A DNA stretch of 64,000 bases from Desulfosudaceae bacterium (GTDB lineage Bacteria > Desulfobacterota > Desulfobacteria > Desulfobacterales > Desulfosudaceae): positions 1,088,001 through 1,152,000 of the forward strand of contig CAXXDV010000001.1 in NCBI GenBank assembly GCA_963674745.2, given 5' to 3'. Under the pieces are notes generated by a model. That model had not been told where the DNA came from and ran no database searches. It worked only from the letters and a program-made list of their open reading frames with translations. Shown here one piece after another: positions 30,443 to 39,671 of this stretch. The translations under genes were made by a program, and so were the position numbers. Numbering within the stretch: position 1 is the first letter of the stretch; every line of letters starts with the position of its first letter.

Positions 30443-32182
30443 ATGAAAGAACCGTTTGTGCTCAACGACGCCTTTAAATGCTTTAAGGAAGACCAGGACA
30501 AAACCCTTACACCCCGGGAAACGGTTGACAATTTTAACGCCCGGGCCGAGGCCAGCGGCATGGATATCCTTCAGGAAACCCGGCGGGTGGATACGGGCCG
30601 ACTGGGAATCCCCGTTTATTCAAGCATCTGCGGGCAAGACGCCAGGATGATGACCGGCACCGCCAAACAGATGGGCAAGGGCGCCACACCTGTCCAGGCC
30701 GAAGCCAGTGCCGTCATGGAACTGACGGAACGATTCAGCTTTTACGGTTTTTCCGCCAACCCGGCCAATTTTGTGGTTGACCGCATGGCCGGATTGAAGG
30801 ACAGGGCCGTTTCCTTTAACGTGCTGGCCAAGTCCGTGGCTGACACCTCGGGTCAGGTCGAAGCCGTGGGCCGCTTTTTCGCCGACATCCCCCTGCGCTG
30901 GACAGCGGCCTGGAACATTACCCGGGGAGAACGGGTAATGATTCCGTTTGACTGGTTTTTCGCCATCAATCAGTTCAATGGTTCCTGTGCCGGCAACTGC
31001 AACGAAGAAGCCCTTTGCCAGGGAATATGCGAGGTCGTTGAGCGGCATGTCAGCTGCATTGTCGGCCGCGGGCGGTTGGTCACGCCGGGAATCCGTCCGG
31101 AGTCCGCAGATCACCCGGCTGTGACGGAAATGAGAGCTAAATACCAGACAGCCGGTGTGCAGGTTTTCCTTTCCGACTTTACACTCGACTACGGGCCGCC
31201 CACGGTCGGCGTTCTGGCCTATGATCCGGTCACTTTTCCGGATAAAAGCGAAATCGTATGGACCGCCGGTACCGCGCCCGATCCCCAGAAAGCCATGAGC
31301 CGGGCGCTGACGGAAGCGGCCCAGCTGGGCGGTGATTTCAATACCGGCGCCTGCTTCGTGGAAAGCGGACTGCCCAAATTCAAACAGCTTGAGGAGGCCG
31401 CTTTTATAACGCAGGTCTCACCGGAGCTCAGCATCCGGGACCTGCCTGACCTTTCTCACGACAACATCCGGGTTGAAATAGAAAACTGCCTTTCAGCCCT
31501 GGCGGACCGGAACATGGATGTTTATATCATTGACATGACCGACCCGTTGCTGAAGCTGCCGGCCTTTTACGTGATTATTCCCGGCGCCCGTTTTTTTCAG
31601 CGGGCGGAAAACGCCAGCACGGGCATGTTCACGGCCAAACTGATTACGGAAAACTTTCCTTTGGACGAAGCCATTACCCGCCTGACAGCCATGCGCCGGC
31701 AGGTCGGTCCGGCATATTATATTGATTTTTTCCTCGGTCAATGCCACTTTCAGAAAGACGAACCTGACACCGCGCTGACACTTTTATACCGGGCACTTGA
31801 ACAGGACCCGGCCGGGCAGGATGTCGCCAGTATCTATTCCTATATCGGCCAGACATTAAAAGCGCAGGAAAAATACAAAGAAGCGCTGGCAGCGGTTGAA
31901 AAAGGACTTTTGGCCGATAACGAACGGATCGACCTTCTCAACCTGGCGGGGTTCTGTTTTTTCAAACTGGGTGAACATGAACAGGCCATTGAACGATTCG
32001 CGGCCGTTCTGGAAATCGACCCTTCGTCAGCCATCGATTATGCCAATATAGCCGTAAACTACCGGCAACTGGGCGACAATGCCAAAGCGATCTGTTTCTA
32101 TCAGCAGGCGCTGACCATTGACCCGACAATTGAATTCGCCCGTCAGCACCTTGAAGCGATGTTGAACAAAGCCCCGTCATAG
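30443..32182 (+). CDS. YcaO-family protein with C-terminal TPR repeats
   Basis: RLGIPVY, QMGKGATPVQAEASAVMELTERFS, NGSCAGN..EEA...GICEVVERH, RALTEAAQ; TPR helices at the C-terminus; SD AAAGGA before ATG 30443. Confidence 0.9.
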   Translation: MKEPFVLNDAFKCFKEDQDKTLTPRETVDNFNARAEASGMDILQETRRVDTGRLGIPVYSSICGQDARMMTGTAKQMGKGATPVQAEASAVMELTERFSFYGFSANPANFVVDRMAGLKDRAVSFNVLAKSVADTSGQVEAVGRFFADIPLRWTAAWNITRGERVMIPFDWFFAINQFNGSCAGNCNEEALCQGICEVVERHVSCIVGRGRLVTPGIRPESADHPAVTEMRAKYQTAGVQVFLSDFTLDYGPPTVGVLAYDPVTFPDKSEIVWTAGTAPDPQKAMSRALTEAAQLGGDFNTGACFVESGLPKFKQLEEAAFITQVSPELSIRDLPDLSHDNIRVEIENCLSALADRNMDVYIIDMTDPLLKLPAFYVIIPGARFFQRAENASTGMFTAKLITENFPLDEAITRLTAMRRQVGPAYYIDFFLGQCHFQKDEPDTALTLLYRALEQDPAGQDVASIYSYIGQTLKAQEKYKEALAAVEKGLLADNERIDLLNLAGFCFFKLGEHEQAIERFAAVLEIDPSSAIDYANIAVNYRQLGDNAKAICFYQQALTIDPTIEFARQHLEAMLNKAPS

Positions 32183-32186
32183 ACGA

Positions 32187-32255
32187 AAGGGCGACCCGCC
32201 GGTCGCCCCTACAAACGGGTGCCACGGGCGTAGGGGCGACCGGCGGGTCGCCCTT
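32187..32255. repeat. GTAG-type REP doublet (REPIN-like)
   Basis: AAGGGCGACCCGCCGGTCGCCCCTAC 32187-32212 and its exact reverse complement GTAGGGGCGACCGGCGGGTCGCCCTT 32230-32255. Confidence 0.9.
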
Positions 32256-32276
32256 GCACACGGGAGGCTGAACAGT

Positions 32277-32714
32277 TCAGGCGTTTCCCCCGGTCGAACG
32301 GGCCTCAACCAGGTTGTCCAGTATCAGCCCGTAAAAGGAAGCGGTGGTTGAAGAAAACCGCCATCCCAGATGGCACTGACAGGCCGCGCAAGCCACAACC
32401 CGCCACATAAAGCCTGAAAACCAGGAAAACTCAGACGAGGGCTCTCCGACGACAGCACAACCCGGGGCCGCCCGGAAACAGCCGATGGTATAGATCATAC
32501 CGCTGGGATTGGCAAACGTGTGCTGGTGGAAACCATTAACGACCATGGCGGTCTGCCGGGGGGTTATCATATTCAGACAATTTGCGCACAGGAGAAACTC
32601 ACCCTCATCTGCCGCATCGGCGGTTTCAGGAAACGCGTTACCCTGTGGCTTCCCGCCCGGGGATTTATCAAACGGCTCTTTCAGGCTGAAACTGGTCGAA
32701 CGGCTGATAATCAT
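32277..32714 (-). CDS. Cereblon-like CULT-domain protein
   Basis: CANC...CAAC zinc pairs, FANPSG, FSWFSGFMW, HLGWRF tri-tryptophan cage residues. Confidence 0.88.
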   Translation of the reverse strand: MIISRSTSFSLKEPFDKSPGGKPQGNAFPETADAADEGEFLLCANCLNMITPRQTAMVVNGFHQHTFANPSGMIYTIGCFRAAPGCAVVGEPSSEFSWFSGFMWRVVACAACQCHLGWRFSSTTASFYGLILDNLVEARSTGGNA

Positions 32715-32766
32715 TTATCCTTCCCGATTCTTATCACATCCGTTTCGGGGATAAACATTTTTAATT

Positions 32767-32798
32767 TAATCCGGATATTTCATGAAATCTTCGGATTA
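32767..32798. repeat. Collapsed copy of the 21853 element
   Basis: TAATCCGGATATTTCATGAAATCTTCGGATTA; 32765-32786 matches 21851-21872 at 21/22; overlaps the kinase stop codon. Confidence 0.65.
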
Positions 32799-34544
32799 GT
32801 CCAGAGGCAGCTTAATCTCAAATCGCGTGCCCTCACCCGGCGTACTGAAACATTCGATACGCCCCCGGTGCGCCTCCACATTCGTTTTTACGATGGCCAT
32901 GCCCAGTCCTGTCCCGCCGGCCCCCTTGGTGGTAAAAAACGGCTCAAAAACGCGTCCCCGGACGGCCTCGTCCATACCCGGCCCGGAATCAGAAATCGTC
33001 AGGACAAGTTTGTGCGCTTCAATTCGACCGCTTAAGGCAATCACGCCCGGATTGTTCATGGCCTCCAGGCTGTTTTTGATCAGGTTGTGCAGCACCTGCC
33101 CCATCATTGACGCGTCAATATTCACTGACGGCAGATTTTCCGGCCAGTTTAATTCAAAACGGATGTCCTGCGCCTCGGCCGCAGGCCGGAATACATCAAT
33201 CGTTTCCTGGATGATGGGCCCCAGCCGCCTTTTTCGGGCCTGCAGGTCCGGCCTTTTGGCAAATTGCAGGAAGCGCTGAATAAAGGCTTTAACCCGGGCG
33301 GATTCTTTGCTCAGAACCTGCAATATCTTTTCACCTCGGGGGCTTAACGATTCATTTGTCAGACCGGCCAGGGCCATATCAGTGTTGTTCAAAAAATTGC
33401 CCACTTCATGGGTAACTTTGCTGGAAGCGGTTCCCAGGTCGGCCAGGTTCTGAGCGTGGGTCAACTGCCGGGCGGTTTCGATCTCCCGATCGATGTAGGC
33501 TGTCAACGAATCCGTCATATCATTAAACGCCCGTCCCAGGTCGCCGATCTCATCTTCCGTGGCAATGGACACTTTCTGGTTCAAAGCGCCCATGCCCAGG
33601 GCCCGCACCTGGTCATGGAGCCGACGCACGGGCAGCAACAGGCGCCTGATCCAGAACCAGCCGGATACAATGGCAATGATACAAAACCCGACCGTCAATA
33701 CGGAAGCCCAGAAAACGTTACGATAAAGATAGGTGTAAATTTCTTTTCGGGGCTGGCTGAGCACGACAATCCAGTCCAAACCGGGAACATATACACCGAG
33801 ATTGTAAAGGTTCTGACCATCGCTTGTTTCAGCCCACTCAACCGGTTCGGATGATGTTTTGAGCGTATCGACGATCCCGGGATCTTCCGGCGGCATCGTT
33901 CTTACCACCCGGTCGATCTGCCGGTGACCGATGGTCCGGCCGGACAGGTCCATGATATACACCTGCCCGCTCTTTCCCACACGGATCCCGGCCAGGACGT
34001 CCCAGACCGATTTGAGGTTCAGTTCCGCCCACAGAACTTCACTTACAACGCCCTGCCGCCTTACCGGTGTGCCGACATGGACCACTGGAAAATTATGTCC
34101 GGCCACCATTACGCCGGAAACGGCACATTTGCCGGCCTTTGCCTGCTCAAACACCGCCGCATCCGGAACAAAAGAAGGCACCGACGCCAAAGCGGTGGTT
34201 ATCATCATTTTTTTTCCGGTGGAATACAGGGTTAAAGAATCAAACTCCGGATTGTTGTGCAGAAAGGCCGTCAGGGCCATCTTTTGATCCCAACCTTTAA
34301 GCCCGCTAGCACTCATCAACAGGGCCAGACTCTCAAGATTGTTGCGGGCGTTTTCCATAAACATCCGGATTTCACCGGCCGAACTTTGAATAATGTTGCG
34401 ATAATCCTGATCGATGGTTTTCTGGAAAAAATTATAACTGGTAATGGAAAGCACTGCGCCGGTAATGGCAATGGTCAAAACAATAAACGGCAGGAAGAAA
34501 ACCCAAAACTTGTATATCAGCTTTTTTTTAAAGCGGTTTTTCAT
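32796..34544 (-). CDS. Membrane histidine kinase (Cache, HAMP, HisKA, HATPase)
   Basis: 2 TM, DEIGDLGRAFN HAMP, HEVGNFL H-box, NLIKNSLEA, FTTK, GTGLGM. Confidence 0.92.
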   Translation of the reverse strand: MKNRFKKKLIYKFWVFFLPFIVLTIAITGAVLSITSYNFFQKTIDQDYRNIIQSSAGEIRMFMENARNNLESLALLMSASGLKGWDQKMALTAFLHNNPEFDSLTLYSTGKKMMITTALASVPSFVPDAAVFEQAKAGKCAVSGVMVAGHNFPVVHVGTPVRRQGVVSEVLWAELNLKSVWDVLAGIRVGKSGQVYIMDLSGRTIGHRQIDRVVRTMPPEDPGIVDTLKTSSEPVEWAETSDGQNLYNLGVYVPGLDWIVVLSQPRKEIYTYLYRNVFWASVLTVGFCIIAIVSGWFWIRRLLLPVRRLHDQVRALGMGALNQKVSIATEDEIGDLGRAFNDMTDSLTAYIDREIETARQLTHAQNLADLGTASSKVTHEVGNFLNNTDMALAGLTNESLSPRGEKILQVLSKESARVKAFIQRFLQFAKRPDLQARKRRLGPIIQETIDVFRPAAEAQDIRFELNWPENLPSVNIDASMMGQVLHNLIKNSLEAMNNPGVIALSGRIEAHKLVLTISDSGPGMDEAVRGRVFEPFFTTKGAGGTGLGMAIVKTNVEAHRGRIECFSTPGEGTRFEIKLPLD

Positions 34545-34598
34545 GATAGGGCTGATTATAAAGATCTGAAAATGGGGTGTAAAGTAAATATAAAACGA

Positions 34599-36158
34599 TC
34601 AGCTTGAAGAAAGACCGGCCTGCCAGAGCCAGTAGGTCCCTTCGGTTGTAAGGTAAAATGGTGCTCTGAGGATAAAACGACAAGACATGACATCAAAAGC
34701 GGTTTTTTGAAACAGAAAAGAACCGGGTTGAAGATCGGCTATCAGGGCATCCGCTTGGACCAGGCATTGCCGTTGCGCTTTATTATCAAAAGACGCGAGC
34801 GCCTTACGAAGCAGGCGGGTCAGTTCGGGATGCGTAAAATTGCCGACCTGGTTTTTACCCTGCTGATCCGGCAGCCAGCCGTCTATTATAAATTCGGGTT
34901 GCCGGTAAGCACCTGAGAACTCTGTCAATACGGCCTGAAAGGCATTATTTTTCAAGTATGTTTTGATCACTTCTTTAAAGGGGCGGACGCACATGTCCAT
35001 CTGAATGCCGATATCATTGAAGCAAAGTTGTATGAACCGGGCCACGGCTTTTTCGACCTGGGTTTCATCCCCCATCAGCAACGTAAAGGCAAAAGGTTGT
35101 CCGTTCTTTTTCAGCAACCGCTCCTTTATGTCGATTTTCCAGCCAAGATCGCTCAGCGCCTTTAGGGCCGCCTGGGGGTCGTAGTCCTGGGGTTTTACAT
35201 CCGGATTGTGATATGGTGAACCAATGCCCATGGGACCGGTTGCCACCCGGCCGCAGCCGTTTAAAATGTTATCAACGATATAACGGCGGTTTATGGCTTT
35301 GGACAGGGCGCGACGGACCCTCGCATCGGCAAACAGAGGGTCATGGGTATTGTACAATAAAATAGAATAATAGCCGAGTGTGTAGTGATTAAAATAAAAC
35401 CGGTCCTGGTAGCGGCGGATTATTTCATAATTCTGTGGTGAAATTTCCTGGGCAACATCCGTGTCACCGGATAACAGCCGGACCCAGGTCGCTTCCCGGT
35501 TCGGCTGATAATAAAAAACCACGCCGTCCAGTGACGGTCGTCCCTTGTAGTAGTGCTCATTGGCTGCCAGCACGACTTTTCGTTCTCCCTCCCGGGAGGA
35601 GAAAACAAACGGCCCTGAGCCCACGGGACGATCATTGCTTCCGGCACCTGTGCGCCGGCTGGAAAGAATTTCGGAATCCCACAGCTTTTGAAGAAAGCGC
35701 GGGTCATGCCGGTTCAGGCTCAAGGCTACCGTTTGCTCTGATTTGACGGTGATTTCTGTGATAAACTGAAAAATAGAACGCTTTTGCTTCAAGCCTTTTG
35801 TTTGTAAAGCGTAACGCACATCCTCAGCTGTTACCGGCCGCCCATCATGAAAAAAAGCATCGTCCCGAAGGTTGATGGTCCAGGTCCGGGAGGCGTCGTC
35901 GTATGTCCAGGACTCGGCCAGGTCCGGCTGCAATCGACCGTCCGCGTCCGGCACAAACAGGTAGCTGTAGATCAGCGGATATATCATTTTTGAGCCGGTC
36001 TCGCTTTCCTTCAAAGGGTCAAGCGTGGTAAACGGCGCGGCCACATCAAAACGAAGCACATTGTCTCCGGCACCGGCCACCGGCGCGGCTTTCGTGCAGC
36101 CGCCGACGGTCAGCGCCAAAATCATGAATCCGATGGTCAGCCGTATTGAAACGTTCAT
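34599..36158 (-). CDS. Family 5 (peptide/nickel-type) solute-binding lipoprotein
   Basis: Lipobox-like VGGC, LQPDLAESW...FHDGRPVTAEDV, PVGSGPF, RVRRAL. Confidence 0.88.
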   Translation of the reverse strand: MNVSIRLTIGFMILALTVGGCTKAAPVAGAGDNVLRFDVAAPFTTLDPLKESETGSKMIYPLIYSYLFVPDADGRLQPDLAESWTYDDASRTWTINLRDDAFFHDGRPVTAEDVRYALQTKGLKQKRSIFQFITEITVKSEQTVALSLNRHDPRFLQKLWDSEILSSRRTGAGSNDRPVGSGPFVFSSREGERKVVLAANEHYYKGRPSLDGVVFYYQPNREATWVRLLSGDTDVAQEISPQNYEIIRRYQDRFYFNHYTLGYYSILLYNTHDPLFADARVRRALSKAINRRYIVDNILNGCGRVATGPMGIGSPYHNPDVKPQDYDPQAALKALSDLGWKIDIKERLLKKNGQPFAFTLLMGDETQVEKAVARFIQLCFNDIGIQMDMCVRPFKEVIKTYLKNNAFQAVLTEFSGAYRQPEFIIDGWLPDQQGKNQVGNFTHPELTRLLRKALASFDNKAQRQCLVQADALIADLQPGSFLFQKTAFDVMSCRFILRAPFYLTTEGTYWLWQAGLSSS

Positions 36159-36239
36159 TGTCTTTTACGAAAAAATTTTTTCTCTGCTGTGGTCCGTTTA
36201 ACCAGACGCTTCGTAATGGTCAAAAACAAGAGGGGGGCA

Positions 36240-37586
36240 TCAGGCTTCTTCTATCCCGTATTTCTTTACCTTTTCGATCAAGGTTTTCCGGCTGATGCCA
36301 AGATGTTCGGCAGCCCGGGTTTTGTTAAACCCTTCTTTCTGAAGCGCCAGGCCGATTAAATATTTCTCCATCTCCTTCAGATTCAAGTGGGAAATATTAT
36401 CAAAGGCCGCATCGGCAAAAGGCAGATGACCGGTCGTAATCATGGATTCTTTGCAGGTTATCACGGCCCGCTCCATGACATTGACCAGTTCCCGGACATT
36501 TCCCGGCCAGTCGTAGACCCCAAGAGCCGCCAGGGCCGCGCCTGAAATCCCCTCAATCTGCCGGTTGTAGGCTCTGCAGAATCGATCAAGATAATGTTTT
36601 GCCAGCAGTGGAACATCGCTTTTCCGTTCCCGGAGGGGGGGGACCTCAATCGTATAGCTGTTCAAACGGTACAACAGATCCTTTCGGAATCCGCCTGCTT
36701 CGACCAGGGCTTCCAGCCCGATATTGGTGGCGACCAGCACCCGGAAATCCGACTTTATGGTTTTAACACCTCCCACCCGTGTAAATTCGTGTGTCTCCAG
36801 CACGCGCAGCAGCTTGGCCTGAAAATCGGGAGGCGCATTACTGACCTCATCTAAAAAAAGCGTTCCGCGGTCCGCGATTTCAAACAAGCCTTTTTTCTGA
36901 CTGTCCGCTCCGGTAAAGGCGCCTTTCTCATGGCCGAAAAGCTCGCTCTCGAGAAGACCGGGAGCAAACGCATTACAGTTGATCGAAAAAAAACCGTTTT
37001 CCCGGCGATCGCTCAACTGGTGGATGGCCCGGGCCACCAGTTCTTTTCCGGTGCCTGTTTCACCGTAAATCAGAACGGTTACCGGCAAAGCAGCGACATC
37101 ATTCATGGCCTGAAAGACCTTCTGCATACCCGGCGTCTGGCCGATCATGGTGGAAAAGGCAAAAGGCCGCAGTGATTTTTCCCGGCGCAGGACTTCAAGC
37201 TCTTTGAGGCGCTGCCGTTTTTCCAGGGCTTCCCGAACGGTTAACCAGAAAAGCTCCAGCTTGTCGTCAATCGGCTTTTCAAAATAATGATAAGCGCCGT
37301 GATGAATGGCGTTAACGGCCTGTTCCAGAGTACCGTATGCGGTTATCAGGATAAAAGGAACATCCGGGTTGATGTCCTGAACCGCCAAGAGCATCTCTTC
37401 TCCGTTCATTTCCGGCATCTGAACATCCGCAATGACAAGGTCCACAGAATTTTTTGCCAGAAAATCAAGCGCTGCGGCAGCCGATGTGAAAGAAGCGATA
37501 TCAAAAGCCTCTGTCTCCGGCAGGCAGAGAAACAGTTCGATAAAACTTTCGTTGTCATCAACCAGAAGTATTCTGGGCTTTTCCAT
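36240..37586 (-). CDS. Sigma54-dependent response regulator (NtrC family)
   Basis: REC, GETGTGKE, ESELFGHEKGAFTGA, WPGNVREL, Fis-type HTH. Confidence 0.95.
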   Translation of the reverse strand: MEKPRILLVDDNESFIELFLCLPETEAFDIASFTSAAAALDFLAKNSVDLVIADVQMPEMNGEEMLLAVQDINPDVPFILITAYGTLEQAVNAIHHGAYHYFEKPIDDKLELFWLTVREALEKRQRLKELEVLRREKSLRPFAFSTMIGQTPGMQKVFQAMNDVAALPVTVLIYGETGTGKELVARAIHQLSDRRENGFFSINCNAFAPGLLESELFGHEKGAFTGADSQKKGLFEIADRGTLFLDEVSNAPPDFQAKLLRVLETHEFTRVGGVKTIKSDFRVLVATNIGLEALVEAGGFRKDLLYRLNSYTIEVPPLRERKSDVPLLAKHYLDRFCRAYNRQIEGISGAALAALGVYDWPGNVRELVNVMERAVITCKESMITTGHLPFADAAFDNISHLNLKEMEKYLIGLALQKEGFNKTRAAEHLGISRKTLIEKVKKYGIEEA

Positions 37587-37677
37587 AATTTACCCCATCA
37601 ATACGAAAACGGACCAAGAACCGTTACGCGTTCATTATCGGGTTATTTAAAACGGCGCTCGCCTGACCGTGTAGCTT

Positions 37678-37719
37678 TGTAACACCTTAAACCCAGCGGA
37701 ATTGTAACAAAATGTTACA
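37678..37719. promoter_or_regulatory. Enhancer-binding-protein UAS pair
   Basis: Perfect palindrome TGTAACA-AAA-TGTTACA 37703-37719 plus weaker TGTAACA..ACCC at 37678-37694, about 80-120 bp upstream of a sigma54 site. Confidence 0.7.
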
Positions 37720-37796
37720 CTTTTTTCCAGAACAAACCGCCTTCAAAAAAACACGCAACAATTCAAATGGTTATGACAATAAAAAGCGGGCTGAAG

Positions 37797-37812
37797 CGGC
37801 ATGAAAATTGCT
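37797..37812 (+). promoter_or_regulatory. Sigma54 -24/-12 promoter
   Basis: CGGCATGAAAATTGCT, exact GG-N10-GC spacing; IHF-like ATTCAAATGGTTA at 37761-37773. Confidence 0.8.
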
Positions 37813-37911
37813 CAACCATTCTTGCAATAAAGCGTCTCAGAAACAGGCCTGTTTGGCATGGCTCATAACCGTTTTTTTATGGGAACCGAACTTATAAGGA
37901 GAGGCAAGTAT

Positions 37912-38562
37912 ATGGCCGCCCACAGCGAACCCCCGAGCACCATCCTGGTTATTGACGACAACAACTGTAACTGCGAGCTTTGCCGAATTTGCCTGGAAAC
38001 AAACGGGTTCAGGGTGCATATCGCCAGCACCGGAAAGCAGGGGCTGGGTCTCATACGAAAACTCATGCCGGACACCATCTTGCTCGATATCATGATGCCG
38101 GTCATGGACGGCTTTCAGGTCCTGGAAAGGCTCAAGGCCGACCCGGCGATTTGTGAAATTCCCGTTCTGGTTCACTCGGCCTGCAGAGAAACAGCCACCG
38201 TCGTCAGGGCGCTGAAAATGGGCGCCAATGATTTTTTAAAAAAACCGTTTGAGGTGGCGGAGCTGGCTATCCGGGTAGAAAAGCTGGTAGCCCTCAAGAA
38301 AACCCGGGACGCGCTGGTCAACGCTTCAGTCGAACTGTTAGAGCGCCACCTTGCTATTGATCAGGCTTTGGAGAAGTGGCGCCTTGAAGCAGAGGCCTTT
38401 CGACAGCATTGTGAAAAAAGTGCCATTAATATTCTGGCTGAATCAAATGCAACCTTCAAGCTGGAACAGGCCATATCCAGTTCCGAACAGGCCCGGCAGT
38501 TGATTAACGAGATTGCGGATTTAAGCCGCCAAAGGCTTCCTGAATATGATTTCTTAAACTAA
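37912..38562 (+). CDS. Response regulator: REC plus helical tail, no recognised output domain
   Basis: LVIDD, LLDIMMPVMDG, GANDFLKKPF; SD AGGAGAGG before ATG 37912. Confidence 0.85.
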   Translation: MAAHSEPPSTILVIDDNNCNCELCRICLETNGFRVHIASTGKQGLGLIRKLMPDTILLDIMMPVMDGFQVLERLKADPAICEIPVLVHSACRETATVVRALKMGANDFLKKPFEVAELAIRVEKLVALKKTRDALVNASVELLERHLAIDQALEKWRLEAEAFRQHCEKSAINILAESNATFKLEQAISSSEQARQLINEIADLSRQRLPEYDFLN

Positions 38563-38592
38563 AAACGCCGACCGGTTTTCTAAAGGGAACGT

Positions 38593-39408
38593 TCAATCTT
38601 CCGGGCGCACGATGGTGCGGCCGGCCCGCGCCAGGGCTTTTTTCTGGAAATCCGCCTGAAAACCGGGGGAATAGTTCATATAAGCCGGCACCGGGTAACG
38701 CAAACCGGCGTCGTGGGTTTGTTTCAGGTTGTCGATCATTGTTTCCAGTTTTTCCGCCGGGCAGGAAAACAGCACCTCCGCGTCCTGTGCGCCGCCCCAG
38801 ACCCGATCGCCGTTTCCCAGCAGAACCAGCTGGGGCTCACCGGTCACCAGGGGCTTGATTACCCCTTCGTGACAGGAACCGATACGGCCGGTTGACGAAA
38901 AGGTCATGGCCCCGCCCCGGGAAAACAGGTAGCTTTGCACAAACCGCATGGCCTGGGCCGGCAGACAGTAAACCAGTACCACATCCGGCACAACCCGCGT
39001 GCGGCTTAAAGGAGAAATAACCAGGCCGAGAAAGTCTTCCTCCAGCCGAAAGAGGTGGTCTTCCAGTTTTTGAGAAACCGCCATGTCTTTGGCGTAAAGG
39101 CCAAGATTAAACTGGTGGGCCGCCTGGATGGCGTCTTCGGTCAACGGATCCCATTTGTAGATGTTACGGGCCAGGTAGCAGTTGATGTCCTGCTCAGTAA
39201 CGGCCATGGTCCAGCCATAGGCGCGGGCGACTTTAAAGTTCTGACAGACAAAATTCTGCCCCCCGAAAACCTGTGAAGGCCGCTTGAATTCAGGCAGAAT
39301 CTCGCTTTCATCCCGGATGATTCTTACGGCCAGCGGAAAAGTGGCCGGCCGGATATACGTTTCAATGGCCTCGCCTGCCTGGCGGTATGCTTCCAGAGAA
39401 TGCGCCAT
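38593..39408 (-). CDS. DUF169-family protein
   Basis: FVCQ..VARAYG, INCY, VPDVVLVY..PAQAMR, SCHEG, GNGDR motifs. Confidence 0.75.
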   Translation of the reverse strand: MAHSLEAYRQAGEAIETYIRPATFPLAVRIIRDESEILPEFKRPSQVFGGQNFVCQNFKVARAYGWTMAVTEQDINCYLARNIYKWDPLTEDAIQAAHQFNLGLYAKDMAVSQKLEDHLFRLEEDFLGLVISPLSRTRVVPDVVLVYCLPAQAMRFVQSYLFSRGGAMTFSSTGRIGSCHEGVIKPLVTGEPQLVLLGNGDRVWGGAQDAEVLFSCPAEKLETMIDNLKQTHDAGLRYPVPAYMNYSPGFQADFQKKALARAGRTIVRPED

Positions 39409-39491
39409 GAGTATAACTCCTTATTGGGTTATGCTGACATTTCTAAACGACTTACATCTTTTTAGGTGCCTCTCCTTTTCAACAGGCCCAC

Positions 39492-39517
39492 AGGGTTCAA
39501 GGGGTCGAGGGGGCAAG
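39492..39517. repeat. 8-bp tandem array, single arm (3 units)
   Basis: AGGGTTCA AGGGGTCG AGGGGGCA AG. Confidence 0.75.
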
Positions 39518-39671
39518 GCGCAATAACAACAAATTTTTGCCAGCGCCATGATTTGTATTTTGGACAATTGTATATCAAAACACAAGCTTTCAAAAAGGCG
39601 TTGCGCTTTTTTGCCCTGATGGGTTATCTTCCTCAAAGAATAAAAACGACTTTTACAGCATGGAGAAACGA

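Noticed and set aside
30229..30561. 111-aa N-terminal extension of HrpA in the ORF track
   Set aside because: Overlaps the ycaO promoter, leader and start on the opposite strand; ATG 30228 gives a normal-length HrpA
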